Of a stretch of DNA of 64,000 bases, positions 25,487-38,900 are shown piece after piece (positions within the stretch are counted from its first letter, which is position 1; each line of letters opens with the position of its first letter). The notes below the pieces were generated by a model. That model saw nothing but the letters and a program-made list of their open reading frames with translations. It had not been told where the DNA came from and made no database searches. A program made the position numbers and the translations under genes. This stretch comes from Botryllus schlosseri (Eukaryota). The DNA lies in assembly GCA_051294905.1 (NCBI GenBank), contig CM119378.1:1116001-1180000 (forward strand), written 5' to 3'.

Positions 25487-28400
25487 CTAATCTTCATCAT
25501 CGCTGTCTTTCTTGATTCCTCCAAACACTTGATCCGGAACCACCCTCTTCCTAATCTCCAGATTCTCTTTGGAAGCCGGCATCTCCTCCTCATCGTCATC
25601 CAAGTCGATTTCATCCGGGTTGTCAGTGGCCGTGGGCTGGGCAGAAGTCTGAGGTGGTTTGTCGCTTCTGACAAACAGGATTCCCTTATTCGGTTGCACT
25701 TGCTCTTGTTTCTGAGAGCTGGCCGCCTGGGCCGCTTTTGCTTCGAGTAGTTTCATCTCGTCCACTCCAGCGTCGCCTGGTACCAGATCCGACGCAGTGC
25801 CTGGGATGAAGAGGCGGTTCAGTAGGGATGGGCACAATGTTTCAATTGCACGAATCTGATTCGAGTATTGATTCTAATGGTTCGATCGTAGTACTGAAGC
25901 AAGCACTGAAAAGACCCCCTCGATGATACCAAGATATTATTTATAAACACGAATTATAATTAATAGAGTAGATTCCACTGTGGATGCCTAGAAACCTTGA
26001 TTGACCGTATCGTAGCATACCAATCATGTAGTACAAACCTACTGGTGTTATCGTAAATCACATATCTGTGAAGTTCTGATCAACCCACAGCACTGTCACA
26101 AAGTGGAATGAACTAGGTAGGGATGTAAAAATACCAAATTATCCTTAATGTGATGTAGAATTGTCGTTGTATTCTTTGCGGTTGCATAAAAGGTACATAT
26201 TTCAACTTTCGAAACCATTCATACTGCAATGACATTGCAGTGAATGACACTTGGAGCTCCATACTCGATTCACAGTATTCTGGTAGTTTTTGTCTGCTTG
26301 CAATACTTACCTGAACGGTTTTCAGACTGAATTAATTTGTACGTAACAGTTTGGCAAAACTAGACTAGCAGTAGCGGACAGACACTGCCAATTTTCTGCG
26401 ACACATGGACAAACTGTGCTTTTACAAAATACTTAATTGAATAACTTTAACATATGTCCAAAATTGCTACTTCTACTTGTATTTATTAAAAAGTCTACTC
26501 ATACTTAAAATAAATATATTTCAGGGTTGATATGAATCGAGTCATGACTCCGGTGACTCGAGATTTTTTGGTGACTCGACTTGACTCGAATCAGTTTTTC
26601 AAATGCGTAAAATGACTAGACTCGAGTCAATTTTTGTATTGACTCGACTTGTAGTCCAGTCATTGTGCATGACTCGAACCAAGTCATATGACTCGAGACT
26701 AGGACGGGCCAAGACAGACATTTCATTAAAACTTCGAAGAACAGTACAGTCACCAGATTATTGGTATTTCGTCCATCAGTCCAGATAATTGGAAAATAGA
26801 GCCAAAAACTGCTAGGACTGAGGAAAATTACGATATTATGAACGCGAGTCGTTCTATATCATTTGCGCAGAGTGGGTTGAACCGGATTGAACTCAAAACT
26901 GAATATAATGACTCGGACTCAGACTTTTGTCAAAACACTATGACCTGGACTTGACCCTCTACTAGCTGACTTGGGCTTGACTCGGTGGTGAGTTGAAAAT
27001 GACCTGACTTGACTCTAGTCAAAACTATAAAAGTGAAATTGACATGTGACTCGTTTGTGTCTTGGTCACAACCCTGATGTATATAATAAATACATGACGG
27101 GCCGTCTATACCTGTAGTGTTAGACGCTGCAGCCAACATCTGCGCCGACATGAAATTGACTTGCGTGTTGTACGTGGCTTGCACGCTGCGTTTGATCCGC
27201 AGCATTTCGCGGACCGTGTCTTCGTTGCCGTGCTTCACTTCGAACATCTTCCACGTCTGCCAAAAGTCGGCGGTGGTTCTGAAAAGACGAGAGCACGTCA
27301 CTCCACAAACAAACAAAAAAGACTGACAATGATTCAAAACCACGGACATACTCACCTTGGATCGCACATTTGCGAACAAAACGCATAGATAGCCCTCGCC
27401 CGATCGATCTCTCCCAGCTTCTGTTCCAAATCAGCAAAACGGAGGCACACGTCTTTAGCTTGTTGGTCTTCCAGAGTTTCGATAGCTTGCTGGTAAATAG
27501 CTCTAGTGTGAGTCACACCGTAGACTTCGGCCGCTCTCTTGATGTAAATGTTGAACATGTCATATTTCTCTTCGGGTAGGACAGATTTAGTGGCACGATC
27601 ATAGACGGCCATCGCGTGTCGCGCAAGCCCGTGTTCTTCTTCTAATTTCGCGTAGAGGAGGTACAGATTCTTTGCGAATTTCGGAGGGCACCCTTCCAAA
27701 GCCTGTTCAAACAGATCCCTCGCTCTTTCAAGCTTTTTACCGCCATACCTCGCAATGAATTTAGTCAGATACGTGTTCCATATGTCAAAAACATTAGGCC
27801 ATTTGAACATAGCGACTCCACGTTCGTATGCCTTAAAAGCCTCTTCGAAATAGTTGTTATCCTCAAGAAACATTCCATAATTGATGACAATTTGAGGAGT
27901 GGCTATCCTCAAATCCAGAATCCTATCATACACTGCTTTGCAAGTGTGAAAAGTGCCGAAACTTTCCTCCAAATCTGCATACATCGACCATAATTTCAAC
28001 GATCTGTAAACTCTGCTCTGAACGGGCTCGTTATGATCAAAATATCCAGCTCGCTTCGGGGGCATAGCAGTGGCACGTTTTAATAATGTTATCGCACCGT
28101 CACAGTTATCATGACGGAGTTCCATTTCTGCCCATTCGCACCACACGCTAGCAAGATCATCAACTGCTTTGTACGAAACTAGAATCGCTTTTTCAAAAAT
28201 GGTGCGTGCATCATCAGTCTGATCGTGATCCTCGTAAAATTTAGCGAAAGACACCCACAGAGTATGAATTTTTCCGACAGATTTTGGTATTTCGATAGTT
28301 TGAATCGCTTCCGTGTAGGTGTCGATGATTTTTACCAAGTCTTCTTTGTACAATTCCACTCTTTTGAGCCATTCGTTAACGTTGTGCGGGTTTTGACGGA

Positions 28401-30454
28401 GAAGAACACTATTCAAAAGCAACGGTCTTCTCGTGATCAAATCTTCAAATCTTGCGAGCCTCAACTCAATATCCACATCATCTTCATCTTCCGTCTCTTC
28501 CATTTTTGACGTAATAACAGACTCCTCAAACTGAGCATATGCGTCGAAAATTTGGGTAAAATCACGAACTGTGGTCACAGTTTCAATGGCTTCCTCGTAA
28601 ATTTCTCTAGCTCTCTCAAAGAGCCCGCTTCTTATGTAATAATCGGCTAAAGAACACCATAATTGCCCGAGCTGATCCGTGAATCGTTTCAGCCCTCCGC
28701 GTATAATCGCTTCCACTTTTAGCGAGTGAACTTTATCTGGGTTTTTAGAGATCAACTCACACAGTTCGTGCCAAAGTAAATGGGTCGTCTTCCCGTGCTT
28801 TGAAGCAAAACTTTCATCATTTACAATCTCTGCGAGCTTCGTAGCTGCTTCATCGTAATGATCGATAGATTTCAAATAATCCACAAATTCCTCACTTTCT
28901 TCAGGCATGAGTTTGAGCATTCTACGGAACACTCGAATAGCTGTTTCGTGCACCGGGTATTTTCTGACAAAATCAATGTACAGCGGCCATATCCTGTCGT
29001 GTTGAGTAACTGGTAATGCTTCCAGGCAACGATCGAAGGTTCTACGAGTGCGTGTAATCTTCTTTTGCTCGACGAGAAATTTGCAATAATCTATCCAGAT
29101 TCTGGGCATTTTGTGCATAAACACGAGGGCGCGTTCGTGGGCATTGTTGGCGTCTTCGAACTCGGGATCGTTGGGGCATTTTCCCTTTACTTGACTGCGT
29201 CTAATGCGAAGGTAGTTGTACCATAGCTTGTAGCTACCCGGTAGTTCGCGGAGCGCGCGTTCGTACACCAAGTTCAGTTGTTTGTAAGGAGAATTTTCTT
29301 TGTGTTCAATGTATCTGAAAAGAAACGTTTTACGTTGAACTTGGGTTGTACCGTAATCTAGTTACAAGGTTCCTCCTCACAAGTTGAGTAATTTTCAATT
29401 CTCTTCCAACTCAAGTCAGAGTCCAAGTCACACTGTTTATCATTACTGGTCAGTGAAGTTGTTCAAAAATAACTTTTTTTTCCGGATTCCGGGCATTCAC
29501 TGATTATTTTGTTAGGTTACCTAAAAAACACTGCACACAAAAATTAGTCGATTCCAACTGGTAGACGTGAACGCACAGGAGTTTGAAAATTTTGGATTTA
29601 TCATAAATAAAATTTAAATTTCATTCACAAATTTTACTGTCAACCCCATGAAACTGTCGAGTTGTCTACCGAAACGATGCAAAACAAATTTGACGCAATT
29701 CCAAATCGTACATGCGAAGTTGTTAGGTTTTACATTCATAATTCTGCGATTACCACCGTCCAGGCTATATTTGAAAATACCAAATTTTCAACTGCAATAA
29801 CTTCGCTTCTGCCGATTGGATGCGAGCAAAAATTGTTAAGCATCGTCCTTTTAGACAACTTGACGATTTAATGGGGTTGAAAGTAAGATTTGAAAAAAAA
29901 TTTTAAATTTTTTTAATCGTAAATTCAAACTTTTCAAACTCCTGTGCGTTCACATGGCTACCAGTTGGAATCAAGTCCAAATTAGTGTTTGCATTGTTCG
30001 TTTAGGCAACCTAGCAATGTCATCAGCAAATCCCAGAAATCACAAAAAATAGTTATCAAGTTGAGTTCAAGCCATGTTCAAGTAATTTTTCACAATTCTG
30101 ATCGAGTGCAACGAATCCATTGCGTTCATAATATAGGCATATAATATACTCATTTGTCTCACTCATGGTCAGTATGTCTACCTTATCAAAGTACTGAAGT
30201 AGGTTGTGCCTACTTTTAGACTACTTCTATGTCAGTTGACTTGGTAGAGTCATGCACAATGACTCAAGTACGAGTCGAGTCAAAACACAAAGTGACGCAA
30301 GCCAAGTTATTAGAACCCTGGAATGAACTTATACCAAAATGAAGACAGTTCATTCTCACCTCAGCCACGATTTCACAGAGTACGGATTGCGGAGGATCTC
30401 CTCCTCATACAACAGATCTTCATCTTCGATTACAATATCACTTGACATCGGCAT
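25487..30454 (-). CDS. XAB2: Pre-mRNA splicing factor SYF1/XAB2 (HAT repeats), 4 exons
   Basis: Exons 30454-30360 ([31 protein letters not shown]), 29314-27356, 27278-27112 and 25800-25487 with GT/AG junctions; conserved [34 protein letters not shown] and NPDEIDL. Confidence 0.95.
26522..27076. mobile_element. hAT-type MITE of the 'GACTCGAGTC' family in XAB2 intron 3; related copies at 24578-24907, 34296-35027, 51139-51401, 56160-56876 and ~29341-30320
   Basis: Termini CAGGGTTG / CAACCCTG with many GACTCGA(GTC)/GACTTGA subterminal repeats; degenerate 8-bp TSDs (e.g. GTAGAAGT/GTAGAAAT at 56160-56876, CAAAATCC/TAATATCC at 51139-51401). Confidence 0.8.
29451..30058. mobile_element. Long-palindromic MITE (Tc1/mariner-like) nested in XAB2 intron 1; relatives at ~17040-17430 and ~39250-39536
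   Basis: Left and right arms are reverse complements; the family terminus CAGTAGGGCTGTTCAAAAATAAC is flanked by TA at 39536-39538. Confidence 0.6.
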
Positions 30455-31318
30455 GATTATATAATAACCTTGTAAGTAAAAATATCAAAATTATTATAAT
30501 AGCAGAAGGTGACATTTACTGTTTGTACCCTGTACAGACATCGACATCAGCATGCTGTCACATGTTGTGTAGGCCTGCTCACACAATCGCAATATGCAGG
30601 TTTGAAATTGCAGCACTGATCACAAATTCCACATTACCAATAGCAAAAATTTTCCGCACTGAAGTTAATTCGGCAATCATTGACCAGAAACAAGCTAAAT
30701 TTCTTGCACTTTACTGCGAGAGTCCAATGATAGCCCCATGAAATCAATTCCCTTCGATGAAAAGAGGAAAAAAATAGAGAACCTTGTTTCTTATACGGCA
30801 TTGTATGTAAAATATTATGAATCGCCAACATTGGCAATCTCTCGCTTACACAATTTTAATATAGTTTCAATATTATATTCATTATCTACGTATCATCGCA
30901 ATTTAATCAAATCAAAGCGTTTCAAATTTCCTCAAATTTTGAGGTCCATTTTTCAAATTCGGAGAAATCATAAGTAAAATTTTAATTTTTTCGGTAGTAT
31001 CTTGACCATGGTTACGTTTTTCTCATTGTTTCAAAGTTGATCATGGTCAAGATATTACTGAAAGAAAATGAAAGATTTACAAAATCTTTCTCTTTCAGAA
31101 TGTGTAAAATGAAGATAGGCTACTCTGATTCCACCGTGACGATATATTAAAACCTAAGCTTCTTTTTACACAATGAATATATTATTGAAATGCACAGTAC
31201 TGATGGATTCAGGAAAACTTTAAAGAATCATGAATCATCAAGAATTTCAGAACCATTTGAAATATGCTGTGCACATTGACTTTTTATTAGATTTGGTGAA
31301 TTCAATTCAACTTGCAAT

Positions 31319-31948
31319 CTATGGGATCATTGTCCTTGTTTCAATTCTTCCCGCTTTATTCACTGAAAAATTATAATTTACAATATTGTCCATTGCTTCA
31401 TCAACTTTATCTTCTATGTTATCGAGAGTGACCCAATCTGAATATTCCGACATGGCTTCTGCGACTTCTTCTTCATACTTTCTCAACTTTTTCAGCAAAT
31501 CTTTTTCAAACTCCTGTTCTTTTTGTAGAGTAATCATTTCACGTTGTTGCAGCAGTTTTTCAAGTCGAATCTCCCGATTTTTCTTCATATCTTCGTTATA
31601 CGTAGAATTATATTCCATGCACTTTGCATGATGAGCTTTCTCGTCAAAAGCATTTGTTTCTGATTGGATGCTTGCTCTCTTGTTCAAAATTTCATATTGA
31701 AAAGCGGCAGCTATTGATTGTAGGAGTTCATTATATGACTTATACGCCAGTTCACCTCTTTCCATATCTCGAGCTGTCGGCTTGGGTTTCTCGAAATGAA
31801 TTCCCTCTTTGGATGGGGCTCTGCCTAAGGACCTGGGCTTTCTGTGATGGATTTGAGACGTTGAAATGTAACTTTTACTGCATAATTGAAGTAGCTTACA
31901 CTTAGTTGGCGTTTTGATCAAGACTCGAATTCCAAAAGTCACAGTCAT
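31319..31948 (-). CDS. MRPS26: Mitochondrial ribosomal protein S26 (mS26), no coding introns
   Basis: Presequence-like N-terminus, RKPR...APSK motif, coiled coil, C-terminal WVTLDNIEDKVDEAMDNIVNYNFSVNKAG (cf. FIT.ENL...V..AL....YN.AI...G). Confidence 0.8.
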   Translation of the reverse strand: MTVTFGIRVLIKTPTKCKLLQLCSKSYISTSQIHHRKPRSLGRAPSKEGIHFEKPKPTARDMERGELAYKSYNELLQSIAAAFQYEILNKRASIQSETNAFDEKAHHAKCMEYNSTYNEDMKKNREIRLEKLLQQREMITLQKEQEFEKDLLKKLRKYEEEVAEAMSEYSDWVTLDNIEDKVDEAMDNIVNYNFSVNKAGRIETRTMIP

Positions 31949-32956
31949 ATTTCTTGCGCGAAGTATCGCCTTTAAGTATCGACTTTACAGACCAATCGAC
32001 ATAAAAAGTACCGGTAAGTAAAATAGTAAAGCATTAATTATAAAACTTCAAGCGTGACATTGAAAGTGACGACGGGGTTCACCACACTGGCGTTAACAAC
32101 GGTACCGACGACAACATAATTAAGGATAACGACTAATGTGACCGACAGAAACGCAGTTGTTTGTATCTACACCCCTGCAGAACACTATGGTTACGTGATA
32201 CACAATCAAAGTTAACATTATCTTGAGATTAATGGAATTACCCATGTCGTTTAGACTAATTCTTCCTTTCTCTGTTGCTTGTCCCTTGTTAAGTAATTCT
32301 TGACGCTGTTTCTCATTCCACGCCTTCTTTTAACATGGTCTTTCCTTTTCTACCATAGACCAAGGTGGGAAATTGATTGATTGACCCAGGGATATCTAGA
32401 CTAGATATCTAGACTTTGCCTCAATCGCCCTTTCCCCCGTCGCTCCCCCGAGATGTCATATTTTTTAGTCTATCGTCGCGTTGTTCCTGTCGTTTTCAGA
32501 AACTCCGTCGCCACTTTATAAACACCGACATCATGTGTGCACTATGGTCGTATAGGTGCTCCGTGATGTTTTGACAATTTCAAAACGACACCTGCCCGTT
32601 ATAAGGTAGAAAATATATATCGCGTCATGATGAAAATGTCTGATTTTTGCTTTATTATAAGTAACTATGTAATATACCTATATTTATTACTTTGATGAAT
32701 TGCGTCAATAGTTACGGCCGTAAAATATAGACGGGACGGGACTCTTAATGAATAACGTTCGAGGAGCTTCTCCGAGAGATCCGTTATTATGTACGGTATT
32801 TTCAATGGTTTCCAAAGTATGTGGAAGCTGGAAATGATTTTAGCTTCGAACCACAAAAATCTAGCAAATTCGATAGTGCAATTTTTTGAGGTTTTTAGCA
32901 GAAAGCATTGACGACACTTGGCAGGAATATGATTTAGATTTGCCGCTGCATTAAAA

Positions 32957-35900
32957 ATGGCGATGAATAAATTTCGATTAAAAGACTCCATATGTAAACC
33001 ACTACGTGCGCTGTGGGTAAGGGGACTGAGAAATGGTTTCGAAACCGAAGAACAGCTTGAAGCGCACAAAAAATCCATGCGAAAGTACAACAAAGCAGGA
33101 TATGATTACGAATATCTATTCAATCTTGAGAAGCATCAGCTCGTTTACAAAGTAATTCGTCTTCAACGTCAAGTCGACAGTTACACCATCATGAAAAGTG
33201 TGACTAACGTTGATGGACGTGATAAAATCAGAGTGGACCATCCTGATCCGGAGAATGTTGTCGACCATTCTGAGTTCAACCATAGACGGGTGGCATTCAA
33301 GGTTGCCTATCTAGGTTGGGATTACATGAGTTATGCTTGGAGTCAAAATTCCGATCGCTCCATAAAAGGTCACACGAACAATGTAGAGAGAGTCTTCATG
33401 GAGGCTTTGCTGAGACAACAACTGATTTCCGGTGTGGGACGAAAAATAAACTTGGACCGCGCCGGGAGAACTGATTCCACCGTAAGCGGACTTTCACAGG
33501 TTATAGCAGTCAACGTGCGTTCTAACCTTGACGAAGGCTTTGGGGTTTGGAAAATGAAGACCAAAGAAGAGAGAGATCACGAGAAAGAATCATTAAAGGG
33601 TAAGAATTGTACTTGCATGGTATAGCCTATCAGGCATTTTTTTCTAGTAGTGTATCTATATTGTCAGTGTTGCCAACTTTTCTACTTGAGTAGCATAAAT
33701 ATTGGTATTGGTTACTATCTTGACCCCTCCATGAACTATATAGTTAATCAATGTCGTCAACATGATGCTATACTCGAGTAGAATAATGAAATATTTTTTC
33801 CTCTGCAGTGGAGTAGGGGTTAAACCCGCTCAGAGGCCAAACGCCAGACGTCAAATGGCCAAATGTCTGTACGGCGTTTGGCGTCTGTTATGTTCAGACG
33901 CCGAGTAGCTATACGGCGTTTGGCGTCTGGTATGTTCAGACGCCGAGTAGCTATACGGCGTTTGGCGTCTGGTATGTTCAGATGCCGAGTAGCTATACGG
34001 CGTTTGGCGTCTGTTATGTTCAGACGCCGAGTAGCTGTACGGCGTTTGGCGTCTGATATGGTGAGACGCCGAGTAGCTATACGGCGTTTGGCGTCTGTCA
34101 TATTGAGACGCCGAGTAGCTATACGGCGTTTGGCGTCTGGTATCTCAGTAAACTGAGCAGAGGCTAAATCCTTTCATGGCGCGACTATATGATATCTAAG
34201 ATTGCATATTGTTAAATGTTTGTCATAATATGCGGTGGCAGAATCCCAAATTATCTATTGCATGTTCAGCTGTATCAAATTATTGTATCACCGCCCAGGG
34301 TTGCAATGAATCGAGTCATCATCATCATCATCATCATCATCATTGGTTTATTAGCAATTTTATCAGTTCAATACACCACAAAAAATGCGATACAATGAAT
34401 AGACAGGAAGATGTCGAAGCGACTTGGATTTGTCTATGGAATCAGACACCCACCTTGGCCTAGGCGATGTAAAGAGGAGGCATGCACACTGAATTAAAGT
34501 AAAGGAGACAGTATAGAAAAAGAAAGCGACAAGAATAGGGCGGCATCTCATGGGAAGCGAGATCGATAGGTCAGTCGTGGTCCGGTAATCTTGAGGATGG
34601 ACTGTATTTATTTATTTATTTATTTATTAGTAATTGCATGTCATGACTCGACTCACAATTTTTTTGATGACTCGAGTCATTTTCTTGAAAAGGGATTTAC
34701 TCATTGTATGACTTATTGAAGAATGGTATATCAGGACTGATAAATGAAAAATATGCCCAAACCTGCCTTTTATCTGTTACAATAACCATGTTTAGAATGG
34801 AAAAAATAAACATAAAAATTATCCGAGGCCTTCGATATCGCCCCCGCGAGTTCCATAGAAGTGATCTGAAGCTGTACTCGATAGGGAACAGTAAACACAT
34901 GACATGGACTCGACCCATTGCTCGTATCGGACTTGACTCGTTAGGGATTGCTCGGACTTGACTCGCCGGTGAATTGAAAACGACTCGACTTGATTTCTTG
35001 AAACCAAGTGACTTGATGACAACCCTGTCACCATACCCCATATTTGTACACTCGCAATGAATTTCAGACCCAAGTCTGCAGTATGTAATGAAACTGCAAT
35101 ACCACAATATGAAATAGCCAACGGAACCACAGCAGAAGGCAATAAAACCACGGTAAAAGTCATTAAGAAATGAGCAGTGGAACCACAGTAAAAATGACTG
35201 AGAAAGAAGCATTGGAACAGTAAAAAGTCATTAAGAAATGAGCAGTGTGGAATCATAGTAAAAGTCACAAAGAAATAAGCAGTGGTACCACAGTAAAAGT
35301 CAGAGAAATAAGCAATCAAACCACAGTAAACATTGATAAATTAGCAGTGGAACCACAGTATAAACGCCGTTAAGAAATATAATTCACACAGTACATATAT
35401 CATGCAATAAAAATCATCATCAGGATCAGGTATCTGCTGTCCCGGGCAACAGTCCTCGTGTGTCCATCGACCACAGCCGTCACACGCAACCTGGAAACGA
35501 GTTAGAATCAATATACCTGACAAATGTAATCTCGTAATTGCATACCCATTTCATGTCTTTTTGGGTGGTCTTGACTACTGCATTTAATGCAATAATCTCC
35601 ATATTCTTTCACATCTGCAGGAAAAACATGCAACGTATTTAATATGGTTTGCATCTGACATGGACCAACATACCAGTCGCATCAAGCAAGATTTGACCAA
35701 ACTGCTGGCGGTAGCTTTCGCAAGCTCGTCGGGAATGATTAAAATTAAGGTTGCCATATGGGATCCAGTGGTCAAGTAGAGTTTGGCGGCCTATTAAATG
35801 AAAGTTTGCATACCAATTTTCTCAAATCTTAATACATGAACGCATCACAAACCTTCAACGCAAGGACACCACAATTAAATCCGTCATTTTGAACACCGGT

Positions 35901-38900
35901 CCTTATTAATCCTGTATATCTCGCAACTGATTCTCTTCTTGAGTACGTTCGTATAAATTCGCTGGATTAATACAGAAATGAAATATGTCTCTTGAATACG
36001 ACCTCATCGACTTACTCAAACTGTTGCAAGACATTCCCATAGCGATCCTCGTGGCCCATTGGATCGTATAGTAGAACCATATTTGATTCAACGTCAGATA
36101 TCTAAAAGAGTATATACACACATTACACTAATACAGAATATATCAATTTATTTTAAATGAATTCTAGTTTTCAAGTAATCGCAAGCCATGATAATATCAA
36201 GCTTTTTAACACTCAGTCAATTACCCCTAAATCACAATCAAGTAGAGAGTCTTCACTGAGGAATGCAACATGGCTATACTCGGGTAAAATATTTACACAC
36301 CTTGCACTTCGCGTTGTCGACAGCGTGAGGTACACGATGAGCCCAGTGTACCGCCTCGATATGCTCATCTAGCTTTTCTGACGTTTTGATTTCGCAGAGA
36401 CCACAATTATGTTCGTGAACTGTTATGATTCTAATGAGGTGTGTCAAATCCTCAGCTAGAGCAATCGCTGTCATTGCTGCAAGGAAACTCGGTTATCATA
36501 AGCATCGAAAGACGTCTACCATACTGTAGCAGAATCTTTTGTTGGTCGGCGTTAAAGCTCCCAACTTCGACCCTTTAGCAATCCTTCGTGAGCGTGACTA
36601 CCCTCAGATAACATCCTAGACGCTAGATGGCGTTTGGTGGCTACAGTTTTGAGACGCCAAGTAGCTATACGGCGTCTCACATTTCGGACGCCAAACGCCG
36701 TGTAGCTACTCGGCGTCTCAAAACTGTAGCCGCCAAACGCCATCTAGCGTCACCAGTTCAGCCGCCAAACGCCGTATAGACATTCGGCCGCCGCGCGGCG
36801 TTTGGCGTCTGGCGTTTGGCCTCTGAGCGGGTTTAACCCCTGTTGCTGCAGTGTTTCTTAACTATTCAAGTAGCCTTGAGCTGCCATGAAATGTTTTTCA
36901 TATCCCCATCTAGAATTGAAACACCACTTTGTCAAATCGCCCCAAACCCCGGTCTTGAACCCCATGGGGTTTGCAACACAACTTCTGTGGATTTCAGGAA
37001 CAGAAGATATTAATATCGAAGGTGTCGTCATGCTCTGTTTTTTGGATACAGTATAATTGACTTGGTTGTAGGTGCACCGAAGCGTCATAGGTTCGTTCCA
37101 GAATGGAAGTTACGGCCAATCCTGAAATGCCGGAGTGTGATAGTCCAACACCAACAGGTTTCACACTCCTGTACTAAAGCACCCACCCCGCCGGCCTCAA
37201 GCCACCATTCTCTCATAATTCCGAAAAATACTTTCATTTTTCATCATGACCCTACAGCTATTTTGTCGTAGAGAATGGCATAACTAAATTGAGAGCAACA
37301 ATTTCCTTGAAAGAAAATTTTTGAGTTGAAAAAATCCGGCCAATAATATTCCACTTCATATTTATATTGCATCTTGATTTAGGTCATTCGTCCGAATAGC
37401 GTATAATTTCACACTGCATCTCGTACCCCCTACTTTGGTGATTTGTACCCCGGTAGGGTCCAGGTAAGAACCGATACTCCAGAGTCCAGATCAGTGGTTC
37501 CCAACGTGGGCGATATCACCCCCCACAGTGGGCGATATTGAGAAACTGGGTTGTAAAACCCAATTCCATCTTTTGAAATGATGTAAGCAGCCTTTTGATG
37601 TACCTGTATCAGGCTGAATACAGTTCCCCAATAAATAGAACTTTTTCCGCCCTACTTCTTGTGTGTTGCATCCGTTTTGTCAATGTCTGCAACTATCTCG
37701 ACTCTTCCAGGGAATAATTCATTCTTCTACCCCAGTTATTGTTAATAATTACTTTGCCGGAGCATTTTGTTACCACTATCATCATGGGCAAAGGTTTTAG
37801 CAATCGCTTAAGTTTTACTATGTGGCTGGCCACCCGCAATCTTATTCATACAATCTTCCTCGACTGTTTCGTTATTCAGCATGTACTTACCCACACCCCT
37901 TGTTAAAAAAATATTGTATTGAAATGTTGACTGAGTAAACCCATTATTTCAGAGATTCCTGACCCAAATTACATCCCGAATTACCTGAAATACTCTGTCA
38001 AGGACAGATCACAGGACTCCAGAGAAATCCCGTACGTTCAGCTTCTCAATGAAGCACTTCCAACAGATATTAGAGTGCTCGCTTGGTCTCCAGTTCTAAG
38101 TAAATTTTCACTTCGCGGCGGTTGCGTGAGAAGGACATATCGTTATTTCTTTCCAAAGGGGGATTTGGATATTGACTTGATGCATCGAGCTGCTCAAAAG
38201 TTAGTCGGTGTGCACGATTTTCGTAATTTTGGGAAAGTGTCCTCGGAAAACATGGATCATAATTTTGAAAAAGAGCTTGAAAGTTTCGACATTGAAATCA
38301 TGGCTGGAAGATGTGATCCCGCGTTACCAGAGTGCGATATCTGCTGTGCCACAATATCCGCGTCTGGATTTATATATAATCAAGTTCGCTTGATGATGTC
38401 GGTTCTAATGAGCATTGGATGTGGTGTTGAGGAACCGTCAATCATTGACACCTTGCTTGATACAGACAAGATTCGAGGTAGACCTTCATACTCAAGACTC
38501 GGAGGCATACCTTTACTTTTTTACGATGCGGAATTTCGTGACTGTGATGTTGATTGGCGGTGGGATGATGAGACCTTGCAATCGGTAGCGAGCACCATGG
38601 CAGAACTCTGGTCGCACAATGCAATGAAGAGTGAAATAATTCGAGCCATATACTCATCGGCCCTTCAAAATTTGAATCATCAAGATAGGATGGATATTAG
38701 GAACGCAGTGCATTTTGATGTAATCAAATCGGAAAACCAGTCGTCCCGAGGCAAAAAGATCTTGGAGATGGAAAAGGCCAAAGATGTCAAAGAGTTTCGT
38801 GACAAAGAAGTGGAACGCACGATCAGAAGGCTGCAAAAAAAGGGACGTTATAACGATGCGAAGAATGTGAAGGCAGGAACCAGTGATGTTTATGTGGGCT

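Larger units (their letters stand above)
33811..36845 (-). mobile_element. Internally deleted DNA transposon with Zn-finger, Ulp1 protease and PHD remnants (Zisupton-like)
   Basis: 8-bp TSD CTGCAGTG (33803-33810, 36846-36853); inverted termini sharing AGGGGTTAAACCCGCTCAGAGGCCAAACGCCAGACG; subterminal 42-bp arrays at both ends; internal spliced coding remnants. Confidence 0.8.

Noticed and set aside
33868..34142. CRISPR-like regular repeat array, and the repetitive ORFs 33820-34101 and 33863-34156
   Set aside because: The units are contiguous near-identical 42-mers with no unique spacers, there are no cas genes and the context is eukaryotic. It is a transposon subterminal array and the ORFs are by-products.
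34209..34463. ORF with a poly-His tract
   Set aside because: The tract is the (CAT)n tail of a LINE insertion.
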